Counted from the first letter of the stretch, positions 7,624 to 15,662 are shown. The stretch: DNA of 64,000 nucleotides from Candidatus Omnitrophota bacterium (GCA_035402765.1 DAONDX010000005.1:7304-71303); one strand, 5' to 3'. Numbers and translations: made by a program. The notes: generated from the letters alone by a model not told the origin.

Positions 7624-8835
7624 ATGGCATACATAAAAGAATATATCCCGATTGTCGGACAGTCTATTATTGATGATTTACAGCTTCTTGGCGATAAGCT
7701 AGCTGGTAAGACAATTCAGCATATTAATTCTACGGCTGTAGGTGGAGGGGTGGCGGAAATATTAAATCGTATGGTTCCTCTTTTAAAGGAGCTTGGAGTG
7801 GATACGCGATGGGATGTGATTAAAGGTGGTGAGCAATTTTATGAAGTAACGAAAAAGTTTCATAACGCTTTGCATGGCAGGCAGGAATCTATAAATATGC
7901 GTGATTTCAATATCTTTATGGAAACTAGCGCTAAAAATATCGAGGAAGTAAATACATCCCGTGATATTGTTTTTGTTCATGATCCACAACCGATTGCGTT
8001 AGTAAAAAAGAAATCCGGGAATAAATGGATTTGGCGCTGCCATATTGATGTGTCAGGTCCTAACCAGAAAGTCTGGAAATTTCTCAGGAGTTATATTGAT
8101 AAATACGATGCAGCGGTATTCTCTGCTCCTGATTTTTCACCGCGATTGCCGATCAGGCAGTTTTTGATTGCTCCTTCGATCGATCCTTTAAGTGATAAAA
8201 ATAAGGAGTTGCCCCAAGATATAATTGATGGGGTTTTACAAAAATATAAGTTAACTATGGATAAGCCTATGTTGACGCAGATTTCGCGTTTTGACCGTTT
8301 AAAGGACCCTCTGGGGGTTATTGAAGCTTATCAGCAGGTAAAACGATATATCGATTGTCAGCTAATTTTAGCAGGAGGTACGGCCAGCGATGATCCTGAA
8401 GGTCTGAAGGTGCTTGAGGAAGTTCAAGAAAAGGCAAGTAAGGATAAAGATATTCATATTTTATTATTGCCTCAAAATGATATCGAAGTTAATGCTTTGC
8501 AGCGAGCCGCAACCGTTATTATTCAGAAGTCGCTTAAAGAAGGATTTGGCCTAACAGTTTCTGAAGCGTTATGGAAAGCCAAACCAGTTATTGCTTCCAA
8601 TGTTGGAGGGATTCCTCTGCAGATTAAGCATAAATACTCCGGATTGCTTTGTAGTTCGATTGATGGAGCAGCGTTTTCTATAAAACAGCTTTTTAATAGC
8701 CCAGAGTACGCTAAGAAATTGGGCCAGAACGGTAGAGAACACGTTAAAAATAATTTTTTACTAACCAGGCATTTACGTGAATATATGCTTTTGTTTCTTT
8801 CATTATATCATCCTGAAGATATCGTTTATCTTTAG
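7624..8835 (+). CDS. treT: trehalose glycosyltransferring synthase, TreT-like (GT4)
   Basis: Motifs shared with archaeal TreT: INSTAVGGGVAEIL, VFVHDPQP, WRCHIDVS, PSIDPLS, SRFDRLKDP, KEGFGLTVSEALWKAKPVI. ATG 7624 directly follows the upstream stop. The in-frame extension back to 7597 overlaps the previous gene. Confidence 0.75.
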   Translation: MAYIKEYIPIVGQSIIDDLQLLGDKLAGKTIQHINSTAVGGGVAEILNRMVPLLKELGVDTRWDVIKGGEQFYEVTKKFHNALHGRQESINMRDFNIFMETSAKNIEEVNTSRDIVFVHDPQPIALVKKKSGNKWIWRCHIDVSGPNQKVWKFLRSYIDKYDAAVFSAPDFSPRLPIRQFLIAPSIDPLSDKNKELPQDIIDGVLQKYKLTMDKPMLTQISRFDRLKDPLGVIEAYQQVKRYIDCQLILAGGTASDDPEGLKVLEEVQEKASKDKDIHILLLPQNDIEVNALQRAATVIIQKSLKEGFGLTVSEALWKAKPVIASNVGGIPLQIKHKYSGLLCSSIDGAAFSIKQLFNSPEYAKKLGQNGREHVKNNFLLTRHLREYMLLFLSLYHPEDIVYL

Positions 8836-8855
8836 TTAATTTGGTATACAAGGGT

Positions 8856-8945
8856 TCGGAAGTTTTTTCTTCCGGAGGATCTAGATGGTCGGGCCGCCAT
8901 CTTGCATGTTAGTGCAGGATGGCGTTTTTGTTTTATAAGGATAAA
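8856..8945 (+). promoter_or_regulatory. conserved leader/attenuator element, copy 2
   Basis: Hairpin CGGAAG...CTTCCGG. GGAGGA RBS. Mini-ORF 8885-8938 encodes MVGPPSCMLVQDGVFVL, with its first 18 nt identical to copy 1 (ATGGTCGGGCCGCCATCT). Hairpin CCATCTTGCA/TGCAGGATGG is followed by GTTTTTGTTTT. Confidence 0.55.
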
Positions 8946-8988
8946 TTTTAACCATAGATTGCAAGTTTTTTTAGAGAGAGGAAGAGTT

Positions 8989-9087
8989 ATGGACAAAGGA
9001 ATGAAGGTTATATTTATTATAATGGGAGTTTGTATTCTAACCGGGGTATTGTGTGTGATTTTTGCGTTTACTCATAACATTAGATAA
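8989..9087 (+). CDS. small single-TM peptide (32 aa)
   Basis: RBS GAGAGAGGAAGAG. MDKGMKVIFIIMGVCILTGVLCVIFAFTHNIR. Confidence 0.35.
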   Translation: MDKGMKVIFIIMGVCILTGVLCVIFAFTHNIR

Positions 9088-9244
9088 GGGGGTGCAGATT
9101 GAGGTTAAGTGGCTGGATATTTATGATAATTTCATGGACATGTATCTTGAGCATGTTAGTTTTTTGTTATAGCAAGATATTCAAAAAGGGACTTGGTGGT
9201 GATGATTCTAAAGTATTAAAACGGCTTAAGAAATAGGAGGTTTT

Positions 9245-9358
9245 ATGCGGGGTAATATATTACAAAATATAGGAGTAATTTTACTGGCAATTATAGTTTC
9301 GGCAGTTATCTATTTTATAAATAATAGAAAGACGATAAATAAAAGCAAAATTAAGTAA
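9245..9358 (+). CDS. small single-TM peptide (37 aa)
   Basis: Strong RBS AGGAGG 4 nt upstream. MRGNILQNIGVILLAIIVSAVIYFINNRKTINKSKIK. Confidence 0.4.
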   Translation: MRGNILQNIGVILLAIIVSAVIYFINNRKTINKSKIK

Positions 9359-9383
9359 GGCATAGATAGGATGGGAAGTCAAA

Positions 9384-9482
9384 ATGACTATAAACTTGGC
9401 TAGGGATTGGTCAACATTTCTTATTTGGGGCTTGGCAGTATTGAGTTTTATTGTTTTGGTTATCCTATATCATAAAAGTTAA
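9384..9482 (+). CDS. small single-TM peptide (32 aa), DW-motif paralog
   Basis: MTINLARDWSTFLIWGLAVLSFIVLVILYHKS. Shares the (R/Q)DW + TM pattern with the peptides at 10283 and 10421. Confidence 0.4.
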   Translation: MTINLARDWSTFLIWGLAVLSFIVLVILYHKS

Positions 9483-9522
9483 GAATAGAAAAAATTGATT
9501 AAATAATATGAAAGAGTAAAGA

Positions 9523-10131
9523 ATGAACCTAGGGCAGTTTTTAGCTATTTTTATCTCGGCAGTTTTTGTTAACAATGTTATCCTGTCACGTTTTTTAGGG
9601 TTGTGCCCCTTTGTCGCTATATCTAAAGACACAAGGCAGGCGTTTGTCATGAGTATGGCCGTTACGTTTGTGACTACAATATCGTCTGCCATAACCTGGC
9701 TGGTTTATAAATTTCTTTTGGTTCAATTTAACTTAACATATTTACGTACTTTAGTTTTTGTTTTAATCATTGCTGCTTTTGTGCAATTGGTGGAAATGAT
9801 AATAAGAAAAACGAGCCCCGCCCTTTATCGCGCCTTCGGTATTTATCTTGTTTTAATTACAACAAATTGCGCAGTTTTAGGCGTAGCGGTTTTAAATATT
9901 GATATGTTTTTTGTAGACAATAAAGCAATAACTGGAAGCTTTGCATTCTCAATATTCCAGGGGTTATGTGTAGGAATTGGCTATACTTTAGCTATGCTTT
10001 TGATGTCAGGTATTAGGGAGCGGCTTGAACTTTGTACTTCACCCAAAGCATTGCAAGGTTTGCCTTTAGCTTTTATTGTTGCTTCTATAATGAGTCTTGC
10101 TTTTATGGGGTTTGGCGGATTCAAATTCTGA
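9523..10131 (+). CDS. RnfA/NqrE-family membrane subunit (orphan)
   Basis: VNNVILSRFLGLCPF, LTYLRTLVFVLIIAAFVQLVEMIIRKTSPALYRAFGIYLVLITTNCAVLGVAVLN and MSLAFMGFGG closely match RnfA/RsxA. No other rnf/nqr subunit is in the window. Confidence 0.8.
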   Translation: MNLGQFLAIFISAVFVNNVILSRFLGLCPFVAISKDTRQAFVMSMAVTFVTTISSAITWLVYKFLLVQFNLTYLRTLVFVLIIAAFVQLVEMIIRKTSPALYRAFGIYLVLITTNCAVLGVAVLNIDMFFVDNKAITGSFAFSIFQGLCVGIGYTLAMLLMSGIRERLELCTSPKALQGLPLAFIVASIMSLAFMGFGGFKF

Positions 10132-10176
10132 AATAAAGGTTTATTAAGTTAATAAGAGACAGAATTGTACGATATC

Positions 10177-10302
10177 ATGCGTTTATGGGCGCTTATTATT
10201 GCTGTCTTTATGTTATTTTTCTTTATAATTTTCTCGCAGAAGATTAAAGAAGAAAGTAAGTGTAATAAAGAAGATAAAAATTATGGAAAGAATAAAGCCT
10301 GA
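10177..10302 (+). CDS. small single-TM peptide (41 aa)
   Basis: MRLWALIIAVFMLFFFIIFSQKIKEESKCNKEDKNYGKNKA. Weak RBS. Confidence 0.25.
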   Translation: MRLWALIIAVFMLFFFIIFSQKIKEESKCNKEDKNYGKNKA

Positions 10303-10375
10303 AATGACCGGAGATTTATCTAGAGATTGGATTCTTTATGTGTTTTTAGCCGGAGTAACAGGCGTTATTATTTAA
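10283..10375 (+). CDS. small single-TM peptide (30 aa), DW-motif paralog
   Basis: MERIKPEMTGDLSRDWILYVFLAGVTGVII. Overlaps the previous small ORF in a different frame. Confidence 0.3.
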   Translation: MERIKPEMTGDLSRDWILYVFLAGVTGVII

Positions 10376-10420
10376 TTATTCTAGTGAAAAAAACGAAAGT
10401 TAAAAAGGAGGGATTCTCAA

Positions 10421-10564
10421 ATGGCAGGTAATTTAGTGCAGGATTGGCCCGTGTATGTACTGGGAGGATTAGTAATATTTTTCTTTGCTTATATGATTAT
10501 CAAAAGTAACTTTGGTGAAAAAGACAAAAATACAACTCAACCGTCAGATAAGGTTAATAAATAG
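10421..10564 (+). CDS. small single-TM peptide (47 aa), DW-motif paralog
   Basis: Strong RBS AAGGAGGG. MAGNLVQDWPVYVLGGLVIFFFAYMIIKSNFGEKDKNTTQPSDKVNK. Confidence 0.45.
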   Translation: MAGNLVQDWPVYVLGGLVIFFFAYMIIKSNFGEKDKNTTQPSDKVNK

Positions 10565-10566
10565 GA

Positions 10567-11188
10567 ATGGATAGAAGTATTATTCCGCTTTTTCTATTTG
10601 TTCTGGGCTATATTTTATTCGTGGCGTTTCCCGGAAGGATGTCTTTGGTTGTATAATTGCAGCCAGGTTACTTTCAATAACCCGACTGTTGTCCTTTCTT
10701 GGGGCCATGAATTTTGTAAATTGGAATGTCATGGGAATTTTCGTGGGCACATTAGCCGTAGCGGATGTTTTTATGGAAAGTAAGGTGCCTGTGGTTATTG
10801 CTGAGATTATTGTTGATAAAGCCCATAATACTGCTTGGGCAATTTTATTTTTGTGTGTTTTACAGTTTTTACCTCTGCGTTTGTGGACAATATTCCTTTC
10901 TTAGTAGCTATGTTATCTGTGGCCATTTAGATGGCTAGTAAACTTAATGTAAGCCCTTCATTGTTTCTTTTTGGGATACTTATTGGTGCAAGTTTAGGAG
11001 GCGATATTACACCGATCGGAGCTTTGGCTAATATTGTTACCTGTGGTTTACTTAAAAAAGAGGGATATATATTTAAGTTTAAAGATTTTATGAAAATTGG
11101 AATTCGTTTTACTTTTGCCGCTGTAGCTGCCGCGTATTTATTTGTTTGGTTCATTTGGAGGCCACGATTTTCTTATTGTCTGCCATAG
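10567..11188 (+). pseudogene. degraded ArsB/NhaD/CitMHS-type anion permease (frameshifts plus internal deletion)
   Basis: Three frames together encode an N-terminal part (IIPLFLFVLGYILFVAFPG; NFVNWNVMGIFVGTLAVADVF...AILFLCV; SAFVDNIPFLVAMLSVAI in a shifted frame) and a C-terminal part (GGDITPIGALANIVTCGLL...) of a ~420-aa permease. The middle ~220 aa are missing. Confidence 0.55.
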
Positions 11189-11363
11189 AGAAGCGGTCAA
11201 TTGGTTAACCTTTTAATTGTAAACAGTTACACGATTTAGAGCTAAAAATTACCGGATAAAACGGACTTCTGCTCCGCCTTCGGTTTCGCAGGATTTGACT
11301 AAATCAAAGCTTAATGTGCTCAAAATTTAGCGAGGAAATAGCCTCTCCAAATACAGAATATTC

Positions 11364-11392
11364 TTGATATGTCGGGGTATTACACCTGTAAT
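11364..11392 (+). promoter_or_regulatory. sigma-70-like promoter of the candidate sRNA
   Basis: TTGATA, 17 nt, TGTAAT. Confidence 0.35.
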
Positions 11393-11398
11393 TAAGCT

Positions 11399-11562
11399 AA
11401 TATATTTAGAGAGGTTTCCCCTTGGCCTATCCGAGTGGGACCCTTAAATTTCCCTCATTTGCGGATAAGAAATTTATCCCGGGTGAAGTGAGGGATAGCA
11501 TAAAACACAAGTAAGCCTAAAGGCTATTGATTGGAAACGATCAATAGCCTTTATATTTGTTT
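11399..11562 (+). ncRNA. candidate small RNA (promoter + nested hairpins + intrinsic terminator)
   Basis: Nested inverted repeats TCCCTCA...TGAGGGA enclose GGATAA-N5-TTATCC. The transcript ends in the strong terminator at 11521-11562. No ORF with an RBS is present. Confidence 0.3.
11521..11562 (+). terminator. rho-independent terminator
   Basis: AGGCTATTGAT / ATCAATAGCCT 11-bp stem with a 7-8-nt loop, then TTTATATTTGTTT. Confidence 0.6.
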
Positions 11563-11616
11563 ACCGACGGACAAAATATTTAAATAATTTTGTTTTTCTT
11601 TTTAGAAAAAATAAAC

Positions 11617-11644
11617 TTGACAAAAAAATATTAAATGTTATACT
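11617..11644 (+). promoter_or_regulatory. consensus sigma-70 promoter upstream of amtB
   Basis: TTGACA, 16 nt, TATACT, with an A-rich UP-like tract upstream. Confidence 0.6.
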
Positions 11645-11649
11645 TTTTC

Positions 11650-11665
11650 TTGACAGTGATGTCAA
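11650..11665 (+). promoter_or_regulatory. perfect palindromic operator candidate at the predicted TSS
   Basis: TTGACAGTGATGTCAA (6-4-6 perfect inverted repeat) immediately downstream of the -10. Confidence 0.4.
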
Positions 11666-11676
11666 AGAAGTAAAGA

Positions 11677-11758
11677 GACAAAGATGCCCCGGGAACTATC
11701 TGGGGTTTTTCTATTTTTCAGGGACAAAGATGCCCTTTTTTAAAAGCAGAGATGCTTT
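11677..11758 (+). repeat. direct repeats GACAAAGATGCCC (two copies) plus palindrome AAAGCAGAGATGCTTT
   Basis: Copies at 11677-11689 and 11724-11736. The palindrome is at 11743-11758. Each is followed by a T-rich run. Confidence 0.5.
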
Positions 11759-11786
11759 CGAAAAAGGGTTTTATTTTTTTAAAGAC

Positions 11787-11830
11787 AGAGACGTCTTCAA
11801 TCTAACAGAAAGAAGTCGTCTCTTTTTTTT
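11787..11830 (+). terminator. hairpin + U8 intrinsic-terminator-like structure directly upstream of amtB
   Basis: AGAGACGTCTTC...GAAGTCGTCTCT (11/12 complementary) followed by TTTTTTTT. Confidence 0.5.
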
Positions 11831-11845
11831 GGGACGGGAAAGGCA
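11830..11845 (+). promoter_or_regulatory. sigma-54-like -24/-12 element
   Basis: TGGGACGGGAAAGGCA versus consensus TGGCACG-N4-TTGCA (GG and GC correctly spaced). It lies only ~4 nt upstream of the annotated ATG, so the true amtB start may be the downstream ATG at 11882. Confidence 0.3.
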
Positions 11846-11848
11846 GGA

Positions 11849-13078
11849 ATGATAAATTCGGGAGATACAGCGTGGGTTTTAATGTCGGCGGCTTTAGTTT
11901 TGTTAATGACTCCGGCTTTGGCGTTCTTTTATGGCGGGATGGTCAGGCGAAAGAATGTTTTGAGTGTTTTAATGCAGTGTTTTATTGTAATGTGCGTTTT
12001 AAGCCTGCATTGGGTATTAATCGGTTATAGCTTATCTTTTGCCCCGGCAAAAGGATTTTGGGGAGGGCTGCAGTGGTTTGGTTTAAACGGAGTAGGTTTA
12101 GAGCCATATGCCGATTATGCCGGAACGATTCCTCACCAGGCATTTATGATCTACCAGTGTATGTTTGCGATCATCACCCCGGCTTTAATTATTGGGGCGT
12201 TTGCAGAAAGGATGAAATTTTCCTCTTTTCTGGTATTTACACTACTGTGGGCTACTTTGGTATATAACCCTTTATGCCACTGGGTTTGGGGTGTTGGAGG
12301 CTGGTTAAGGAATCTGGGGGCGTTGGATTTTGCCGGAGGCACTGTGGTACATATCAATGCCGGAATTGCTGCGTTGGTGACTGCAATAATATTAGGTAAG
12401 CGGGTTAATCTCGATAAAAATATTCCTACTCCTCATAATATGCCGTTAGTAGTTTTGGGCACGGGTCTATTGTGGTTTGGCTGGTTCGGGTTTAATGCCG
12501 GAAGCGCCCTGGCTGCTAATGGTTTAGCGGTTAATGCCTTTGTGGTGACCAATACTGCTGCTGCCGCTGCGGGTTTAAGCTGGGCGTTAATTGAGTGGAT
12601 GCGTAATGGTAAGCCGACAATTTTCGGTGTTTGTTCAGGAGCAGTTGCCGGATTAGTGGCAATTACTCCGGCGGCTGGTTTTGTCAGTGTGATTCCCGCA
12701 ATTATTATCGGATTGTTAGTCAGCGTGTTTTGTTTTGCCGCGGTTACCATAATTAAGCCAAAATTAGGTTATGATGACTCTTTGGATGCTTTTGGCGTGC
12801 ATTGTATCGGCGGTATCTGGGGCGCTTTAGCAACCGGGTTATTTGCTTCTAAATTAGTTAATCCTGCCGGTTCAGACGGGTTATTTTTTGGTAATCCCAA
12901 ACAACTATTAATCCAGCTGACTACTGTTTTAGTTACGATTATTTATACTCTGATTGTGACGCTGATAATTTATAAGCTGGTCGACTTGTTCATGGGGGTG
13001 CGGGTAAAAAAAGATGAAGAGCTTATCGGATTAGATCTTACTCAGCACCATGAACGGGCCTATACCGTATTGGAATAA
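11849..13078 (+). CDS. amtB: ammonium transporter
   Basis: DTAWVLMSAALVLLMTPALAFFYGGMVRRKN, 11 TM helices, conserved His pair region, typical Amt length. Confidence 0.9.
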   Translation: MINSGDTAWVLMSAALVLLMTPALAFFYGGMVRRKNVLSVLMQCFIVMCVLSLHWVLIGYSLSFAPAKGFWGGLQWFGLNGVGLEPYADYAGTIPHQAFMIYQCMFAIITPALIIGAFAERMKFSSFLVFTLLWATLVYNPLCHWVWGVGGWLRNLGALDFAGGTVVHINAGIAALVTAIILGKRVNLDKNIPTPHNMPLVVLGTGLLWFGWFGFNAGSALAANGLAVNAFVVTNTAAAAAGLSWALIEWMRNGKPTIFGVCSGAVAGLVAITPAAGFVSVIPAIIIGLLVSVFCFAAVTIIKPKLGYDDSLDAFGVHCIGGIWGALATGLFASKLVNPAGSDGLFFGNPKQLLIQLTTVLVTIIYTLIVTLIIYKLVDLFMGVRVKKDEELIGLDLTQHHERAYTVLE

Positions 13079-13087
13079 GGAGGAAAG

Positions 13088-13429
13088 ATGAAACTGATTA
13101 TCGCAATAATTCAACCTTCGAAATTAGAAGAAGTCAAAGAAGAGCTTTATAAACAAGAGATTAACCTGATTACGGTCAGTGAAGTTTTGGGGCATGGCCG
13201 TCAGAAAGGGATTACCGAGGTCTACCGCGGCGCGAAAGAAAGCGGCAATCTGCTAAGAAAAATCCGGCTGGAGATCGCGGTAAACCAGAATTTCGTTGAA
13301 CCGACAATTAAGGCCATTGTTAAAGGCGCTAAAACCGGGGAGACTGGGGATGGCAAGATTTTTGTTTTGGATTTAGAAGAATGTGTCCGTATCCGGACAG
13401 AAGAACGCGGCTCGGTTGCAATCGGATAA
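13088..13429 (+). CDS. glnK: nitrogen regulatory protein P-II (GlnK type, linked to amtB)
   Basis: 113 aa. T-loop [15 protein letters not shown] with the conserved Tyr. Located directly downstream of amtB. Confidence 0.9.
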   Translation: MKLIIAIIQPSKLEEVKEELYKQEINLITVSEVLGHGRQKGITEVYRGAKESGNLLRKIRLEIAVNQNFVEPTIKAIVKGAKTGETGDGKIFVLDLEECVRIRTEERGSVAIG

Positions 13430-13466
13430 ATTTTGATAAACTAAATAATAATAGAGAGGAAAAAAG

Positions 13467-15662
13467 ATGAGCATAAGGCAAAAAGTTCTATTCAAGATTA
13501 AAAGCATAGCATTAGACAAAAATAATTCTCCTGAAAAAGTTTCCAGTTATTTCGGCGAAAATACCTTTAGCTTAGAAACGATGCGTAAGCATATTTCTAA
13601 AACTACTTTTTTAGCATTTAAATCTTGGATGTCGGAAGGGAAAACCATAAGTATGAGCCAGGCCAATGAGATTGCCGATGCGATGAAAGAATGGGCAGTT
13701 TCAAAAGGAGCCACTTATTATACCCACTGGTTTCAGCCAATGACCGGGCTTACTGCAGAGAAACACGATAGTTTTATTTCTTTTGTCCAGCCGAATAAAG
13801 TAATTGAAAAATTTTCCGGAAATAAACTGATCCAGGGAGAGCCGGACGCATCGAGTTTTCCTTCCGGAGGCATCCGGGCTACTTTTGAAGCCCGCGGTTA
13901 TACCGCCTGGGATCCTTCAAGCCCGGCATTTATTATTGAAAGCCTGCTCGGTAAAACTCTTTGCATTCCGACGATATTCATCTCTTATAATGGCGAAGCT
14001 TTGGATAAAAAACTGCCGCTTTTACGTTCTGATGAGGCGTTAAATAAAGCAGCGCTTGGTCTGTTAAAACTTTTCGGCCGGCAGGATGTAAAAAAAGTGT
14101 TTTCTACCTGCGGAGCCGAACAGGAGTATTTTTTGATCGACCGGAATTATTATAATCTGCGCCAGGATTTATTAATGACCGGGAGGACTTTAATTGGCGC
14201 CCCTTCCCCCAAGGGCCAGCAGCTGGAGGATCAGTACTTTGGGACAATTAAAGAACGGGTGGTTAATTTTATGTTTGAAGTTGCTCAGGAGGCGTATAAA
14301 TTGGGAATTCCGATAATGACCCGGCATAATGAAGTAGCGCCGCATCAGTATGAATTCGCCCCTATTTTTGAGGAATCAAATATTGCTGCTGACCATAATC
14401 AACTTTTAATGGAGTTGATGAAAAAAACAGCCCTGCGGCATAATTTAGTCTGCCTTTTGCATGAAAAACCTTTTGGCGGAATAAACGGAAGCGGTAAACA
14501 CTTAAACTGGTCGCTTTCAGATGATCAGGGTAACAATCTTTTAAATCCCGGCAAGACTCCGGAAGAAAACCTGCAGTTTTTGATAATTTTGGTGGCGGTA
14601 TTACATGCTGTGCATTCTCACGCAGATCTTCTGCGGGCAAGCGTGGCTTTAGCCGGCAATGAACACCGTTTAGGCGCAAATGAAGCGCCTCCGGCAATTA
14701 TCAGCGTATTTCTAGGCGAACAATTGGATTCAATCCTGAACATGCTTGAAAACGGCGTTAAATCCAAAGTCTCCAAACAGAATATCATGGATTTAGGAAT
14801 CGGCCGCCTGCCTAGATTTAATAAAGATATGACTGACCGGAATCGTACTTCGCCTTTTGCTTTTACCGGGGCTAAGTTTGAATTCCGCGCGGTTGGTTCG
14901 TCACAGAATATATCTACACCGATTACTATAATTAATACGATCATCGCCGAAAGCCTTGAATATGTCACTAATCAGATTAAAACAGTTAAAGGTACAGGCA
15001 AGGATTTTAATTCTGAAGTTCTAAAGGTAATCAGTAATCTGGTTAAGGAAACTAAAGCTATCCGTTTTGAAGGCAATAATTATGCCCAGGAATGGATCCA
15101 GGAAGCTCAGAAACGGGGTCTGCCTAATATCGCTTCGACCTATGAGGCGCTAGAAGCTTTTACTAAAGTTAAAAATATATCTCTTTTCGAGAAATATAAA
15201 GTTCTTTCCAAGGATGAATTGATCGCCAGATACCATATCTGGATCCATATGTATAATTTGACTTTGGAAATCGAAGCTAATACTTTAAAAGAAATGGTAA
15301 ATGCTTCGGTAGTTCCGGCAGGTTATAAATATGAGAAACTTTTGGCGCGTATTCTGCGTGAGTTGGTGGAATTGGAAAAAAGCGCCGGACTTAAGATAGA
15401 CCCGGCGGCATTAGAAGATAAGAAAACGCATTTAAGTGACGTGGTTTCGAAGATCTATTATGTCAGGCGCAATACAAATGAAATGAGTGATTTACTTGAG
15501 CAAGCTAAAAAATGCAGCAATGAAGAACGCGCTGAGTTGTATTTTAAAGAGCTCAAGCCGTTAATGGAACATATCCGCAGGCACGCGGATGAGTTGGAAT
15601 GCGTGGTGTCCGATGATACTTGGGATCTTCCCAAGTACCGTGAGATGCTGTTTATTAAATAG
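13467..15662 (+). CDS. glnN: glutamine synthetase type III
   Basis: 731 aa. HWFQPMTGLTAEKHDSFISF...KFSGNKLIQGEPDASSFPSGGIRATFEARGYTAWDPSSPAFI matches the GSIII N-terminal signature. Confidence 0.9.
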   Translation: MSIRQKVLFKIKSIALDKNNSPEKVSSYFGENTFSLETMRKHISKTTFLAFKSWMSEGKTISMSQANEIADAMKEWAVSKGATYYTHWFQPMTGLTAEKHDSFISFVQPNKVIEKFSGNKLIQGEPDASSFPSGGIRATFEARGYTAWDPSSPAFIIESLLGKTLCIPTIFISYNGEALDKKLPLLRSDEALNKAALGLLKLFGRQDVKKVFSTCGAEQEYFLIDRNYYNLRQDLLMTGRTLIGAPSPKGQQLEDQYFGTIKERVVNFMFEVAQEAYKLGIPIMTRHNEVAPHQYEFAPIFEESNIAADHNQLLMELMKKTALRHNLVCLLHEKPFGGINGSGKHLNWSLSDDQGNNLLNPGKTPEENLQFLIILVAVLHAVHSHADLLRASVALAGNEHRLGANEAPPAIISVFLGEQLDSILNMLENGVKSKVSKQNIMDLGIGRLPRFNKDMTDRNRTSPFAFTGAKFEFRAVGSSQNISTPITIINTIIAESLEYVTNQIKTVKGTGKDFNSEVLKVISNLVKETKAIRFEGNNYAQEWIQEAQKRGLPNIASTYEALEAFTKVKNISLFEKYKVLSKDELIARYHIWIHMYNLTLEIEANTLKEMVNASVVPAGYKYEKLLARILRELVELEKSAGLKIDPAALEDKKTHLSDVVSKIYYVRRNTNEMSDLLEQAKKCSNEERAELYFKELKPLMEHIRRHADELECVVSDDTWDLPKYREMLFIK

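Noticed and set aside
8902-9087. Tracked 61-aa ORF starting MHVSAGWRF...
   Set aside because: The N-terminal part overlaps the leader/terminator element. The RBS-supported start is the internal ATG at 8989, which gives a 32-aa peptide.
11221-11330. CUUCGG tetraloop-like motif and short stems in the spacer after the permease pseudogene.
   Set aside because: The stems are only 3-4 bp and are not conserved elsewhere in the window. Insufficient to call a structured RNA.
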